A stretch of 63,847 nt of DNA, counting the filler, from Dugesia japonica (lineage: Eukaryota): the NCBI GenBank assembly GCA_001938525.1. It is 6 parts of 6 records of this genome, joined end to end, with 100 filler letters (N's around TTAATTAATTAA, not from the genome) between each part and the next. Parts side by side here need not be neighbours in the genome. Positions count along the whole stretch, not along the records: positions 28,334 to 39,198 come from MQRL01616511.1; positions 39,299 to 55,510 come from MQRL01635201.1; 4 more parts are not named here. One strand, written 5' to 3'. Shown here piece by piece: positions 37,003 to 49,654 of this stretch (its first letter is position 1; each line of letters opens with the position of its first letter). The notes under the pieces were generated by a model, which saw nothing but the letters and a program-made list of their open reading frames with translations, had not been told where the DNA came from and did not search any database. The translations under genes and the position numbers were made by a program.

Positions 37003-39198
37003 ATGAATAGATATAACAAAAATATTATTAGTGGGAATCAATGCGCTTTAACAGTTGATTTTAAATGTCCTGTTTGTAACAAGACATTTATAAACAACGC
37101 AGGGTTGTCGTCGCATATCCAGTCTCGAACCTGTGCAAGATCAGTACACGATTATTACACATGTAACATATGTTACAAAAGATTAGCAAGTGAAAAAGTC
37201 TTGCGACTGCATAAAATCTCCACAAATTGTGGAAGTAGTAAAGGTTCTGCAGGGATTGGTGTGATTCCGTTGTATTTTAATATCTGCGATCATAAATTCA
37301 CAAGAAAAAATCATGCTCAATCACATTTCAACAGTGATTTACACAAAGAGTGTGTTAAAAAATTGAATGAAGAAAAAGTTAAAGAATTATTTGATGAATT
37401 ACCTTGAAATGATGCAATTGAATTTGATAATAATGAAATTCGAAAGTTATTTAAACATTTGAAAAATATAAAGTATTATAATATCGAATATTTTAANNNN
37501 NNNNNNNNNNNNNNNNNNNNNNNNNNNNNNNNNNNNNNNNNNNNNNAAAATATAAAGTATTATAATATCGAATATTTTAAAGAAAGTAAAATTGAATTAA
37601 CAAGAAATATAAAAGCATTACATTGTAATTTAATAACCTGATTTAAAAAAGAAATTACTAAAATTGTTGATTTATATTTTGATTATTCGAAAAAGTTTAT
37701 ATTACGATTGAGCGTCAATTTTAATTATAATAAAGAAGATGAAGAAAGAATATTTAATTCATATTCTAGTAATGAAAGAATAACAATCAAAAGTGATGTT
37801 GAAATTAAAGTGCAAGAGTTATTAAATCAACTTCAAAGATATATGGAGGATGAAGATCAAATTGAAAGTGGATGGAATTTGAATTATATAGTTGATTTTA
37901 AAATTGAACTTTCTAAATATCAATCATTAGTTGGCTCAAGTTATGTAAAATTACCTTTTATTAAACCTGGTGTAATTAATATTACAAATAAAGATAATTG
38001 CTGTATTTTATATTCGATTTTAGCTCATAAACATTTATTTAAAGATCAACCAACTAAAGTTTCAAAATATATTCCTTATTTAGGGGAATTAAATACAACT
38101 GGAATGAAATTTCCATCAAATATTGATAATGTAAAATTACTTGAAAAATTAAATAATTTTAAAGTAAATGTTTTTGAAGTAACTGAAAAAGCTAAAATCT
38201 ATCCTATTTATATTTCACATTATGAAAGTAACCCAAAACAAAATGAAAATAANNNNNNNNNNNNNNNNNNNNNNNNNNNNNNNNNNNNNNNNNNNNNNNT
38301 AAATGTTTTTGTAAGTACTAATAATTATAAAAATAAATTGTGTTTGTGTTGTATGGATTCATATAGGAGTAAAGATTTATTAACAAAACATCAAAATGAA
38401 TGCATTAATCACGACGCAACTAAATTATATTTTGAAAATGATAAATATTATTCATTTAAAAATCATCATTTTAATAATGAATTGGCTTTTGTATTTTATG
38501 CAGATTTTGAAAGTTGGACAGATGTAAAAACTAAAAAACAAAAGCCTTTATCACTTGGAATTTATGTAGTAAGTAAATATCCACATTTAATTCAAAATGA
38601 ATACAAAGAATTCTTTGGAGAAAGTATCCATGAAGATTTCTTTCAATTTTTAGAAGAAATTAATAATAAATTAATTGATATTAAAGAAAATAAATTAATT
38701 GAACATTATACTGGAACAGATCATCCAGAATTTATTCTAAAGCAAAATTGTAGATATTGTAATAAAAATATAACTGAAAATCCTGTTTTAGATCACAATC
38801 ATTTTAATGGAAAATTTAGAGAATATGCTCATTCAAATTGTAATTTGAAAGATAAATCTATAAAGAATATATTTATTACTTTTTATTTTCATAATGCTTT
38901 AGGTTATGATAATCATTTGTTTTTTAAAGAATTATTAACAAAATATTCAACAGAAGTTAAAAGAATAATACATCATAATGATGAAGTTTATATTTCCTTT
39001 GAATTTAGACATATTAGATTTTTAGATTCAGCAAGAATGTGTCCATTTACATCAATTGATACAAGGGGTAAATTATTAAATCAATCAGGAAAATATTATC
39101 ATTTAAAATCATTTAATCTTGTTCCAAAGAAAATATCATTTCCATATGAATATGTTAAAGGAGAAAATATTAATCAAGTTATTGAATTATTAAAATCA
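37003..39198 (+). pseudogene. polB: pPolB N-terminal half with three N-terminal zinc fingers
   Basis: ORFs at 37003, 37459 and 37708 share one frame, with TGA at 37405 and 37639. Motifs ESGW..GSSYVKLP..VINITNKDNCC, FYADFES (Exo I), DHNHFNGKFREYAHSNCN, FHNALGYD, FLDS and FPYEY. Confidence 0.92.
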
Positions 39199-39298
39199 NN
39201 NNNNNNNNNNNNNNNNNNNNNNNNNNNNNNNNNNNNNNNNNNTTAATTAATTAANNNNNNNNNNNNNNNNNNNNNNNNNNNNNNNNNNNNNNNNNNNN
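39199..39298. other. Artificial contig linker
   Basis: N44-TTAATTAATTAA-N44. Confidence 0.97.
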
Positions 39299-39884
39299 CA
39301 ACTCAAGTGTTAATTTTTATGGAAACGAATAACAAAATAAAAGATTCTGAGGAAACTACTTACACTCTGAATGTGCAATTATACGGCATACAAATTGGTG
39401 TATAAAAAATGTTTTAGTGACGTAATCATAAAAAGAAATCAAGAGTAAACAAAGAAAACTTTACAAATGTATATAATCCGCCATTTTGAATTTTTAAAAC
39501 TTTTTATCGTACAATAAAGAATTTAAAACTATCTATACCTTGTTTAAAAGATTAGTATTCGACAATGTATACTTAACAAGAAAATCACATAAGAAAGAAC
39601 AAAGAATTTTTAAAATGAGTTTTTGTCACCATTTCGTTATCAAAATGTATCAAACTTGATATCATTAGAAGGGTAATGAGATGACAAATACGTATTTTAT
39701 GTTTTCAAAACAGTTTGATAAAAATGTATTGAGTTATTTGTCATTTAATCCTTAAACATGAATGAAAAATGAATAAATTAACTGACAAATTGTAAATAAA
39801 TAAAATTTATTTTAAAAAGACTGTGGAAAACAATGTCAGATTTAATAAGAAAACACACATACAAATACTTTTGTTATATTTTCA

Positions 39885-40200
39885 TAGACTTCTTAGTAAT
39901 TTTTAAAACATTTCACTGACTTCTATCTAATTTTTAAAATTTTTTGAGGACTTCTATGCAATTTTCAAATTTTTCGGTAACGTCTAAGTTATTTTTAAAT
40001 TTTTTTGTCGATCTCTTTGTAATTTTTGAAAATTGTAATGGCTTCTATGTAATTTATAAAATATTTCACTAACTTCTACGTAAAATCAATAGTATAAAAA
40101 CCTCTATGTAATTTATTAAAAATTAAGATGTACTAAATTGTATGTAATTTTTGAAATATTTTAACTTCATCTATGTAATACTATTGGAATATCTATGTAA
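39885..40200. repeat. Degenerate ~32-nt minisatellite
   Basis: Recurrent acttctatgtaattttt(t/g)aaa core. Confidence 0.65.
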
Positions 40201-40289
40201 GATAATATATAAAAGACAATTATGTGAAAAATGTATTTAAAACACGCATGTTCTTTATTAGACACTTGAAATTTTATTCAATATCTGTC

Positions 40290-40960
40290 ATTTATTTATC
40301 ATTTATTTCATCATTGGACTGTGAATCAGTTATTTCCTTACCAATCATATTCTTATTTGTACTTGAATCAGGCATCACTTCATCAAAAATATCATCATTT
40401 GGAGGCATATCAATTATTTTGTCACCAATAATCACATAATTTGGTTGTGCATCAATCATTTTCTAAGTAATAATATCATCATTTGGTTAAGTATCGTTCA
40501 CCTCTTCCTCTGTTGATGCATCTATTGAAAAATGATTTAAAAATGAAATAGTATCTTAAGCAAAATTTTCGGTTTTAAAATCAAAACTATGCATTTAAAG
40601 ATCATTTTCATAAAATTGATCTTCTCAAAAAAATAAATAAATCAATTTCCTTCCCATTAAATCATAATTTCTCCTGACATATTTTGAAATGAAACATAAT
40701 TTCTTCTGGGCATAAAATAAATATCATTATAAATTCCTGTTAGCATAAATTTGTATAATTTGTATAAATATTTCTTTTTTAAAATTATTCAAAAAAAATC
40801 AAAATAATTTAAAATAAATTTAAGTAAAATTACTTTATATATGTATATATAATTAAATTTACGTTTTCAAATAGTTTTTTCCTAGACGATTCACCTGTTT
40901 TTTTATTGTAATTCATTTTTATCTAAATAAAATAACAATAAATTAATAAAGAAAAACTTA
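40290..40960 (-). pseudogene. Spliced acidic accessory gene downstream of adenain
   Basis: Exon MNYNKKTGESSRKKLFEN bounded by TTTAG and GTAAAT, then a decayed acidic exon after CTAACAG (about 40737). Same position as the 11826-12200 gene. Confidence 0.45.
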
Positions 40961-41194
40961 AAAAATTGTTGATATTGTTTTAAAATTTAGAAATTAAATT
41001 GTGACAAAAATTAATCAGTAATACCTTTTTATTCACTAGTTTATTAAGAAACCAATAATATTGCGAGAAAATTTTAAAATACCACAACGTAACATATTGT
41101 TGCATTAACACATTATTATTCATGAACATAATAAAGACTAATTTAAAATAAATAAAAAACATTTATTAATACATATCAAAACATGTACATTTTC

Positions 41195-41520
41195 AACTAC
41201 AATGATTTTTTAACCATAACAGACAATGTTGACCACATGTCTTTGTAAACGGATATTGAATTCTAATTCTATTATATTCAATTGGTTTTGATATTCTTGA
41301 GAGATGCGAGACCAACATTTGCGGATAAAAAAACCAAGCATATCAAAAACTAATATATTTATAGGTTTATGGTAAACTGCTATCCAATGTTCTCCACCGA
41401 GATTTGATGTGTGTGTATTGAAGATTATGGCTTTATTAACTGGAAAGTATGGAAGCTTGTCTAGGGGATACACTCCTAACCATGTTGAGCCAAGCCACTT
41501 TTTCCCGATTTGATTAATCT
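41195..41520 (-). pseudogene. Adenain protease copy with 1-nt frameshift
   Basis: GVYPLDKLP..GEHWIAVY..VFD, then a frameshift in an A-run before IQYPFTKTCGQHC. Confidence 0.88.
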
Positions 41521-41857
41521 TAAAAGAACTATTAAAATAAAAAATAAATTATATAATTAAGTATGCTTCATAACATATATTGATTATACCACATATTGTT
41601 TACNNNNNNNNNNNNNNNNNNNNNNNNNNNNNNNNNNNNNNNNNNNNNNNNNNAGAAATTAAATTGTGACAAAAATTAATCAGTAATACCTTTTTATTCA
41701 CTAGTTTATTAAGAAACCAATAATATTACGAGAAAATTTTAAAATACCACAACGTAACATATTGTTGCATTAACACATTATTAGTCATGAAAATAATAAA
41801 GACTAATTTAAAATTAATAAAAAACATTTATTAATACATATCAAAACATATACATTT

Positions 41858-42185
41858 TCAACTACAATGATTTTTTAACCATAACAGACAATGTTGACCA
41901 CAAGTCTTTGTAAACGGATTTTGAATTCTAATTCTATTATATTCAATTGGTTTTGATATTCTTGAGAGATGACAGACCAACATTTGCGGATAAAAAAAAC
42001 CAAGCATATCAAAAACTAATATATTCATAGGTTTATGGTAAACGGCTATCCAATGTTCTCCACCGAGATTTGATGTGTGTATATTGAGGATTATGGCTTT
42101 ATTAACTGGAAAGTATGTAAGCTTGTCTAGGGGATACACTCCTAACCCTGTTGAGCCAAGCCACTTTTTCCCGATTTGATTAATC
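41858..42185 (-). CDS. Adenain-like (C5) cysteine protease
   Basis: Catalytic H (GEHW), D (VFD) and Q/C (IQNPFTKTCGQHC) are intact. The true start is uncertain and may be spliced. Confidence 0.88.
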
Positions 42186-42295
42186 TTTAAAGATTTATTA
42201 AAATAAAAAATAAATTATATAATTAAGTATGCTTCATAACATATATTGATTATACCACATATTGTTTACACTAATGCCTTTTAATCCAAGTTCAA

Positions 42296-43109
42296 TTAAA
42301 CCAATACCGTTTTGTTGGCGTTTATTTGAATTTCCTTTTGAATACTCCATATATTACTTCATATGCCGGTACAGACAAAGCTTTTGCAAACTTTATATCC
42401 AGTCGTAAATTACCTTGACTTTGATTTATATAAATATCCGGAGGCAATACAAATGTAAAGAATGGATACTTGCTTTTGAATTCTTCAAGTGTGAGTCCGC
42501 AATTCCTATTTTTATTAAGGTATCCCATGTTTCTAACTATAGATTGCATGTATGTCATAATATAATTTTCCTTTTCAACATCTTGAGTATATATCTCTCG
42601 ATAAGCAGTATTTTTCAATAAGGAAATGGAAGTAGCATTGAAATGTTTGAATGTTAAACTTGAACCTTTATAACCACCATTTAATTGTTCTTCCTTTGAA
42701 ATGCGATTAGAATAAAGTTAAGCAAACAACGATCACCAAATATTTGCTCTTTCTTATTAGCAAAAGCAACTATTTCCTTGTTTCGTATAGAGTAAACTGT
42801 ATTTTGCTTATTTAATCCAATTTGATGACCTGTCAATACAGAAAGATCAACTCGTACGCGTTTAACCATTAATTTTGCATTCATTATTTCATATCTAGGT
42901 TTATAAGTTTGAGATTCCAAACACATTTCTGAAGATGCTCTTTTCATTCGAAAATGACCATTAACTCCAGGAATAAGATTTTTTTGTTGATCCAAAAATT
43001 CAGATTGTATCGATCTACACAGAGACAATGATTTATTTATACTCTTTTTTATATTTGCTTCTGTTTCATATTCCATCGCAGTAAGACATATATTCTTACT
43101 ATCACCATA
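42296..43109 (-). pseudogene. Major capsid protein, C-terminal part, interrupted at about 43109
   Basis: YGDSKNICLT, QKNLIPGVN, AKLMVKRV, TFKHFNA and GNLRLDIKFAKAL..EIQINANKTVLV*, homologous to 12740-13900. Confidence 0.9.
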
Positions 43110-44330
43110 AGTAGGTAGATAGTGACGCTACTGAACATTTTTTTAGCAAAATTTGAGGGATTCCCCCTTCCGAGGTGCTCGGAAACACGTAACGATTGTG
43201 CTATGATTTTTGTGCTATGAATTTTCGGTTAGTTTTTTTGCTAAGATTCTTTCGATCAAAAAAAACTTTGATCGGATCATTTTTTTATCCTGTGGTTTTT
43301 TGTGTGTGTTTTTAAATTTTAAAATTTGTGTGTTTTTGGGTTTCTAAGGCGGTTTTTTAAAAGTAGGTTAAGTTGAGTTTATGTGTGTGGTTGTGTGTGT
43401 GAAAGAATGGTTTTGTACTCGAGGAGTAGCTGGAGATCATGGAAATAATTTTTTTGTGGTTTTTAAGATTTGTTTGTTGTTGAACAAAAATACGATCTAT
43501 ACATTGTTTAAAGGACTTATGGTGTTTGATAGATGGTTTGTGTAAGAAGGATAGTAACGCCACGGAACAGTAGTATACGTTATCGTGTTGTGTTTTTTGG
43601 TGGGTGTAGGTTTCTAGTGGGTTATTGGATTTGAATAGTAGATATGTTTTTAGAAAGATAATATGATTGAGAAGATTTTCTGTATGTGAAATGTGCTTTG
43701 ATTTTTTATTTAAATGGCTTTAATTTGTTTGGTTAATTTTTGTAAGTAGTAAAAGTGTGATAAAAATATTTCAGGAGGGGAGAGTAGTATCTGTGGAAAG
43801 AGAATTATTTATCAGTTTTTTTAATAATTATTTCAAATTTTTCTATTGGGGGTGTATCATGTCATAATATTTTGAAAACTTTATTTTGGTAAAAAATGTT
43901 GTAATTTCCTTAAATTGATGAAATTAATGAAAGTAATGGCATTTTTTGCAAGAAATTTAAAATTTTTTTTCTGAGCAGACTTCATATTTATGTATCAGAT
44001 GGAGCAGTCTTGATATTTCACATGGGGAGTTTCTATATTTAGTAACGGTGAGTTTCTATATTTAGCATGGTATGGTACAGTCTTCATATTTATCATGGGG
44101 ATTTTCTAAATTTTGCATGATATAGAGAAGTCTTGATATTTTGCATGGTATAGGCTAGTCTTGATATTTTGTATAGGCGATTCTCTATATTTAGCATGGT
44201 ATGGGGCAGACTTGATATTTTGCAAGGGATGGGGCAGTCTAGAAAAGATAGTCACGTAATTTTCAGTGTATGTGTGTTGCACATGAGTTAAATTTATTTA
44301 AAAAAATCAATGTGTGTGTTGCATTTTTAT
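43110..44330 (+). mobile_element. Candidate Polinton terminus/TIR abutting the truncated MCP gene
   Basis: Starts AGTAGGTAGATAG exactly where MCP homology stops, then continues into the reverse complement of 29880-30575. Confidence 0.6.
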
Positions 44331-45544
44331 TAAACCTTAGAATTTTTTCTAAGTATTTATTTGGAAAAATTTTTTATAGGCTTTTTAAGCAGTAGAATTT
44401 TTCAGGCTTTTTGACTGGCAATAGTTTTTAGGCATTTTTAAGCAGTAGTATATTTTCATTATGAATTTAGTTGGGAATGATTTTGGTGACGTTGAATGTG
44501 GTCCATATTTGACTAGTTTAGGTGAAATTGGTCTAATTCTTTCTCGGGATTGGTTAGTTTTGGTAATATTTGGATGATTTGGTAAATTATTTCCTCGGGT
44601 TCGTCAATTTAGGTAAATTTGAAGCGTTTCGGTAAATTATTTCTTCCGGAGTGTCCATTTGAGTTGAATTTTTACGAAAAATCATGGAAAAAGTTGAATT
44701 TGTTTAAATTTTCAAGTTTTTTAAAAATAATTTGAACTTTTGTGTTAAAATGGTGAAATTAGGTCATTTTTGTTTAAATTTCCAGATTTTTAAAATTTTT
44801 AAATAAAACTTTAATGGAAATCCAGGAGATGATCCGAAATTTTGAAAATTTTAAAAAATATTTTGTCGAAATTTGTACAACAATATATGCAGAATTCGAT
44901 GGAAATAATTATTCACAAATAAACTTTTTTTGAAAAAATTATTTCTCATCTTTACAATAAATAACTAAATCTTTTAGATAGAGAATTTTCCGCTGATTCA
45001 AAATATATAAACCTAAAATCGCTAATATTTATCCAGAATGAATTATTTAATGTTTTCTGTTGAAAATTATCAAATTTTGAAATTTGGTGCTCAATTTGTT
45101 TGCGTACATAACTCGTATGGTTTCAAATTTAGTATTGTTTTACTCAGGAGAAAAAGGTGACTATGCAAACTTAAAATATAGTCTCGGCAAAAATGCTTCA
45201 TAACGAAGATTTTCAGCAATTTTCTCAGATTTGGTAACATTTTTCGAAAATTGAAAAAGTATCTCAAAATTTGTCAAAAAGTATCTATTAAATAAATAAT
45301 TTACTGCTAATTCCAAAGATATAAATCTAAAATCGTTACACTTTATAGATAAAAAGTTATATAGAAAAATTATGTACTTAATTTTAGAGTTCAGGAGGAA
45401 ATTATGGATTTTGGAAAGAGTAAGTGTAATTTTATCATCACGGTGTCTATTCGATAGAGAATTTAAAGTTGAGTAGAAAAACATAGTTATAAACTGCATA
45501 GATAAAACGTTATAAAGAAAAATCAAAGTGAAAAAATAAATAGT

Positions 45545-45935
45545 CACTCATAAGAATCGAACCACAACTGTTGAACTGTAAAAGAACTGCTATTACCTGT
45601 GGATTATACAGTGATGAAATTATATTCAAATGTTATTATTAATACGGATACAAATCATCAAACGTTATTATTGATGAAATAAATTAAAAACAAGTACTTA
45701 TTATGGTTGCTCTCATGGATAATTATAGTCTTTAATGATGAACCATCAAATTTTGAAAAAATAAAAGGTATCTCGAATCTGAACATCAAAGTATCTATAG
45801 GATAGAAAATCTTTTATTGATTCCAAATATTATCATTTAAAATCGTCAAACTTTATAGGAGAGTGGTAAACTCCGAAAAGCGAAGTGTAAAATAAATAAT
45901 CATTCATTGGATTTGAACCCACTACTAATGAGTTA
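45545..45935 (-). repeat. Two degenerate tRNA-derived (Pol III B-box) repeats
   Basis: Minus-strand GGTTCGATTC (about 45550-45560) and GGTTCAAATCC (about 45909-45919) inside diverged tandem units. No full cloverleaf. Confidence 0.3.
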
Positions 45936-47995
45936 GAAAAGAAAGTTTAAAGTAAAAGAAAAGATTGTGGAAATTTTCACTAGTTTTAAAAACGTTTATC
46001 TAAATTTCAAAGATTTTTAAAACGTTCAAGTAAATTTAAGAATTATTTCCTTGCTCTTTTACATGGGATATTTTGATTTTAGAAAAGTTCCTGTATATTT
46101 TGACTAGTTTCAAAGGTTCTAGTAAACTTTCAACAAGATTTTTAAAGTTTGTATAATTATCAACGATTAGAAAAAAGTTCTAATAAATTTTCATCAAGTG
46201 AAAAAAAGTTCTAGTAAATGTTTAATCATGTCTTAAAAATTCATGTAAATTTCAGATAAAATTATTTGACTTCATGTAAATTTGATAATATTATCGCACT
46301 CTTTCTAGTCATCATTGGTATTAGCTTCTTCCCGTTCTTGTTCATTTTTCTAACTTAATACAATAAAACATATCAAAGAATAAAGTTAAACCTAATTTTG
46401 TTAAATAATAATAGAATAAGTATTATTTGTTTGTCAATTTGTTGTTCTATGTAATAAATATTGATAAATTATAATGTAGTAGAACCTACTTCAAAAATTT
46501 GTTTATTGAATATATCTGGCTTAATGATCTTATATTTATGGATAAAACCCATATTTTCATTGTTAAAACCAGTATTTTTATGCTAAAACCCCTGTTTTCA
46601 TTAAACCTAAATTTTCATGATAAAAGCATTATTTCCACGATAAATCTTATATTTACCATTACCAAACCATGTTCTTGTTGCTGAGATCATAAATTTATCT
46701 ATTAAAACTAATATTTTCAATGATAAGATCATTATTTTCTATGTTGAACTATTATTTTCTAACATTGTATTTAAATATTGTCTATCAAAATGAAAAAAGA
46801 AACCTATAAAATCAAAGAGCAAGCAAAGAAACCAATGATCAAGCAGAGAGCCAAGTAGTAAACAAATAAGCAAAAGGATAATCAGATGATGAAAATATAC
46901 TGAAATAGTTATATTATTTTAAATAAAAAGCATATTATATTAGGACTCACTCAATCTTATTGTCTTCTTTTAATAATATATGACACTTTTTAAAGATTAA
47001 TGAAGTGAGGTCTATGAAAATATGAAGTTAAAATATGCAATAAGACATAATAGAAAATAGAGAAAATAAAGCTAAACATAGCTAGATGTAACTAAATAAA
47101 GGTAAATCAGGAAAATATAGGGTAAATGATCGAAAATGACTAAAGTTTGGGAAATGGTGGCAAAATAAGGCAAAACTGATAAAAAGAAGATAAATTAAGC
47201 ATATTAAATGACTAAGTATAGAATAAATACAGTATAATTAGTGACTAAATTTACTCTTTTAAATATTTTCTATGTCCAAACTCATATTTTCTAATAGTAA
47301 AATTTATATTTTCTATGATTGCTCAATAATATTTCTATAGTCCATAGTTTTTTTATGATGAAACTCATATTTTCAATATTGAAACCATATAATAATGTTT
47401 ACATTATAGTCTAAAGTTGGATTCTACTGATTGATGATTTGGTGTTTAAATTATAAATAAACCCATGAACACCAAGGTGCATACAGGTTTGTCAAAGTGC
47501 CCACAAGAATACTAATGTGCAAGCAAAGATGAAAGCAAGTGGTGAAGGATTTTATTGAAAGGAATACTTATATTAAACAAGATAATACTCTTATATTTTT
47601 TCATGTTGAAACTATATTGAACTCAAAGTGTAATGGACTTATCCAATAAAATAAACCATTACTTATTAATAGTGGCTTTTCTTAACACGTAATCATTCAA
47701 TAAAACTAAAACATGTCTTTTTATTGATATTCAAAGCTTATTATATAAATATGAACAAAATATGAAGAAATAGGGTAAATGATGGGTGAAACAGATCAAC
47801 ATATAGGAAAATCGGGCAAAATTTAAGCAGTAGGACAAATGATTGGGGAATCGGGCAAATCAGGTAAAATATGGTAAAATGAAGTAAACAGTGGAAATAA
47901 TGTACAAATATCGTAAAAAACAGGATGATTAATATTTCAATGTCTATTGACAAAGTTATAAATAACTTAGTATTATTTATCTATTTAAATAAAAA

Positions 47996-48300
47996 ATGAG
48001 TTTAAAAAGAAGTAAATCATTCTTTACAACATTAATAAATTTTCTTACTATGAAGAGAATGAAAATTCTGCAAGTTTTTCTGTCATTCATTATTGATGAT
48101 TTACTTGAGATTATTGTAAATATTGTTCGTGGTAATCTAAGATTAAATGTAAAGCAAAGAAAAGCATTAAAAAAACAAGGAAATTCTTAGTTTTTAAATG
48201 CAAATACCAAGAATAAGAAAGTAATATAAAAGGTATTGTGCGAACAAAATCGTAGCTTTTTAACAATAATATTGCCAATAGCATTAGATTTATTAGGTCT
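47996..48300 (+). pseudogene. Second copy of the GGF core-like protein
   Basis: RMKILQVFLSFIIDDLLEIIVNIVRGNL matches 16553-16882. The 3' half is decayed. Confidence 0.7.
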
Positions 48301-48380
48301 AGATAGATTTTAATAAACAATGAGTCTAAAGACAGTTAGAAAAGAAGCAATATAAAAGGTTTAATTATTATTATTATTAA

Positions 48381-48433
<53 letters not shown>

Positions 48434-48778
48434 NNNNNNNNNNNNNNNNNNNNNNNNNNNNNNNNNNNNNNNNNNNNNNNNNNCATTTAAATAAATTTGA
48501 AATCTTTTTATTTCATACAAATAATTCATTTAAATAGAAATTATTTCAATAGAAAGACATTACATTATCAAGTGTATGTAATAGGTTTCCTGTGATTAAA
48601 TACCAATAAAAATTAAAATGAGTTTTGATTGGTTGATTTTAATTATATGAAACGTATATAAACTGAATTAAATTAATATATTAATTCATTAAAAAGGTCG
48701 GATTACACTGAAGAAAATTTTAACAGTCTGAAAAAGCAGCTTGTATTTTACTGACAATGAATCTTCATAGATGGAACC

Positions 48779-49150
48779 ATGTTAAATAACAAAACAGATG
48801 ATGATGAAGAAGATATGGAATCAGAAGAAATTAATATAGACGCAATAAAAATAGAGTATATTGCTGACAAATATGATGTAGAAAAAGGTAGTATTTTATT
48901 TAAATTATAATTAATTAATTATTCTTTAGATATTATTCTTGAGATGTAGGAAGAAGAATTCATAAATCTTAAGAATGAATTAGTATACTAGGCACCAGAA
49001 GTATACTGGTACAAAATGATGCAGTATACGCGGATCAATATAAATACAAAAATGAAATTATATTTGGCTGAACCATTCCATTGTACATCTATATGTGACT
49101 GTTGTTTACGATTAAAACTTAAAAGGATTGTCGAACGTTTTCTTAAATAA
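48779..49150 (+). pseudogene. Spliced acidic/Cys-cluster gene related in architecture to 18480-18777
   Basis: Phase-1 intron 48888-48929 at G|AT ATT AT. Ends FHCTSICDCCLRLKLKRIVERFLK*, with two in-frame TAG. Upstream ATTGGTTGATTTTAATT and GTATATAAA. Confidence 0.55.
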
Positions 49151-49654
49151 AACTTAGTCATAATTTTGTAGATTGGATGTTATTATAAATTATTCAATGG
49201 TTACCTTTATCTATTTAAGATTTTTATTTTTATCAATTTAACCCATTTTGAGTCCATTGTCTCTATTTTATCTACATATTCGAGCTGAGTTTAGTTATTT
49301 TAGTGTCAATTCCTGTCATTTTGTACTTTTACATTATTTTCCCTGTTTTATCCTATTTTTTCCACTCTCTTTCCCTTTTTTTTATCATATTTCTCATTAT
49401 TCACATTTATGTAATAAATTTTGAATATTAATAATGAGACTTGGTTTAATTTATTGAATGATTACGTGTTAAGACAAGCCACTAATAATAAGTTATGGTT
49501 TATTTTGTTGGATAAATCCATTATAATTTGAGTTCAATGTAGTTTCAACATGAAAACAATAAGAGTATTATCTTGTTTAATATAAGTATTCCTTTCAATA
49601 AAATCCTTCCCCACTTGTTTTCATCTTTGCTTGCTCAATAGTATCCTTCTTGGT

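Larger units (their letters stand above)
34738..39198 (+). mobile_element. Polinton-type segment: accessory ORF cluster followed by pPolB
   Basis: Tightly packed co-oriented AT-rich ORFs leading into pPolB, cut at the contig end. Confidence 0.75.
40988..42269. repeat. Tandem duplication (~0.62 kb units) of the adenain gene and downstream motif
   Basis: 40988-41603 and 41654-42269 are near-identical, with scattered substitutions, and are separated by an N gap. Confidence 0.9.

Noticed and set aside
45545-45620. Functional tRNA gene
   Set aside because: Only a B-box-like arm is recognisable, and the acceptor and anticodon stems do not pair convincingly.
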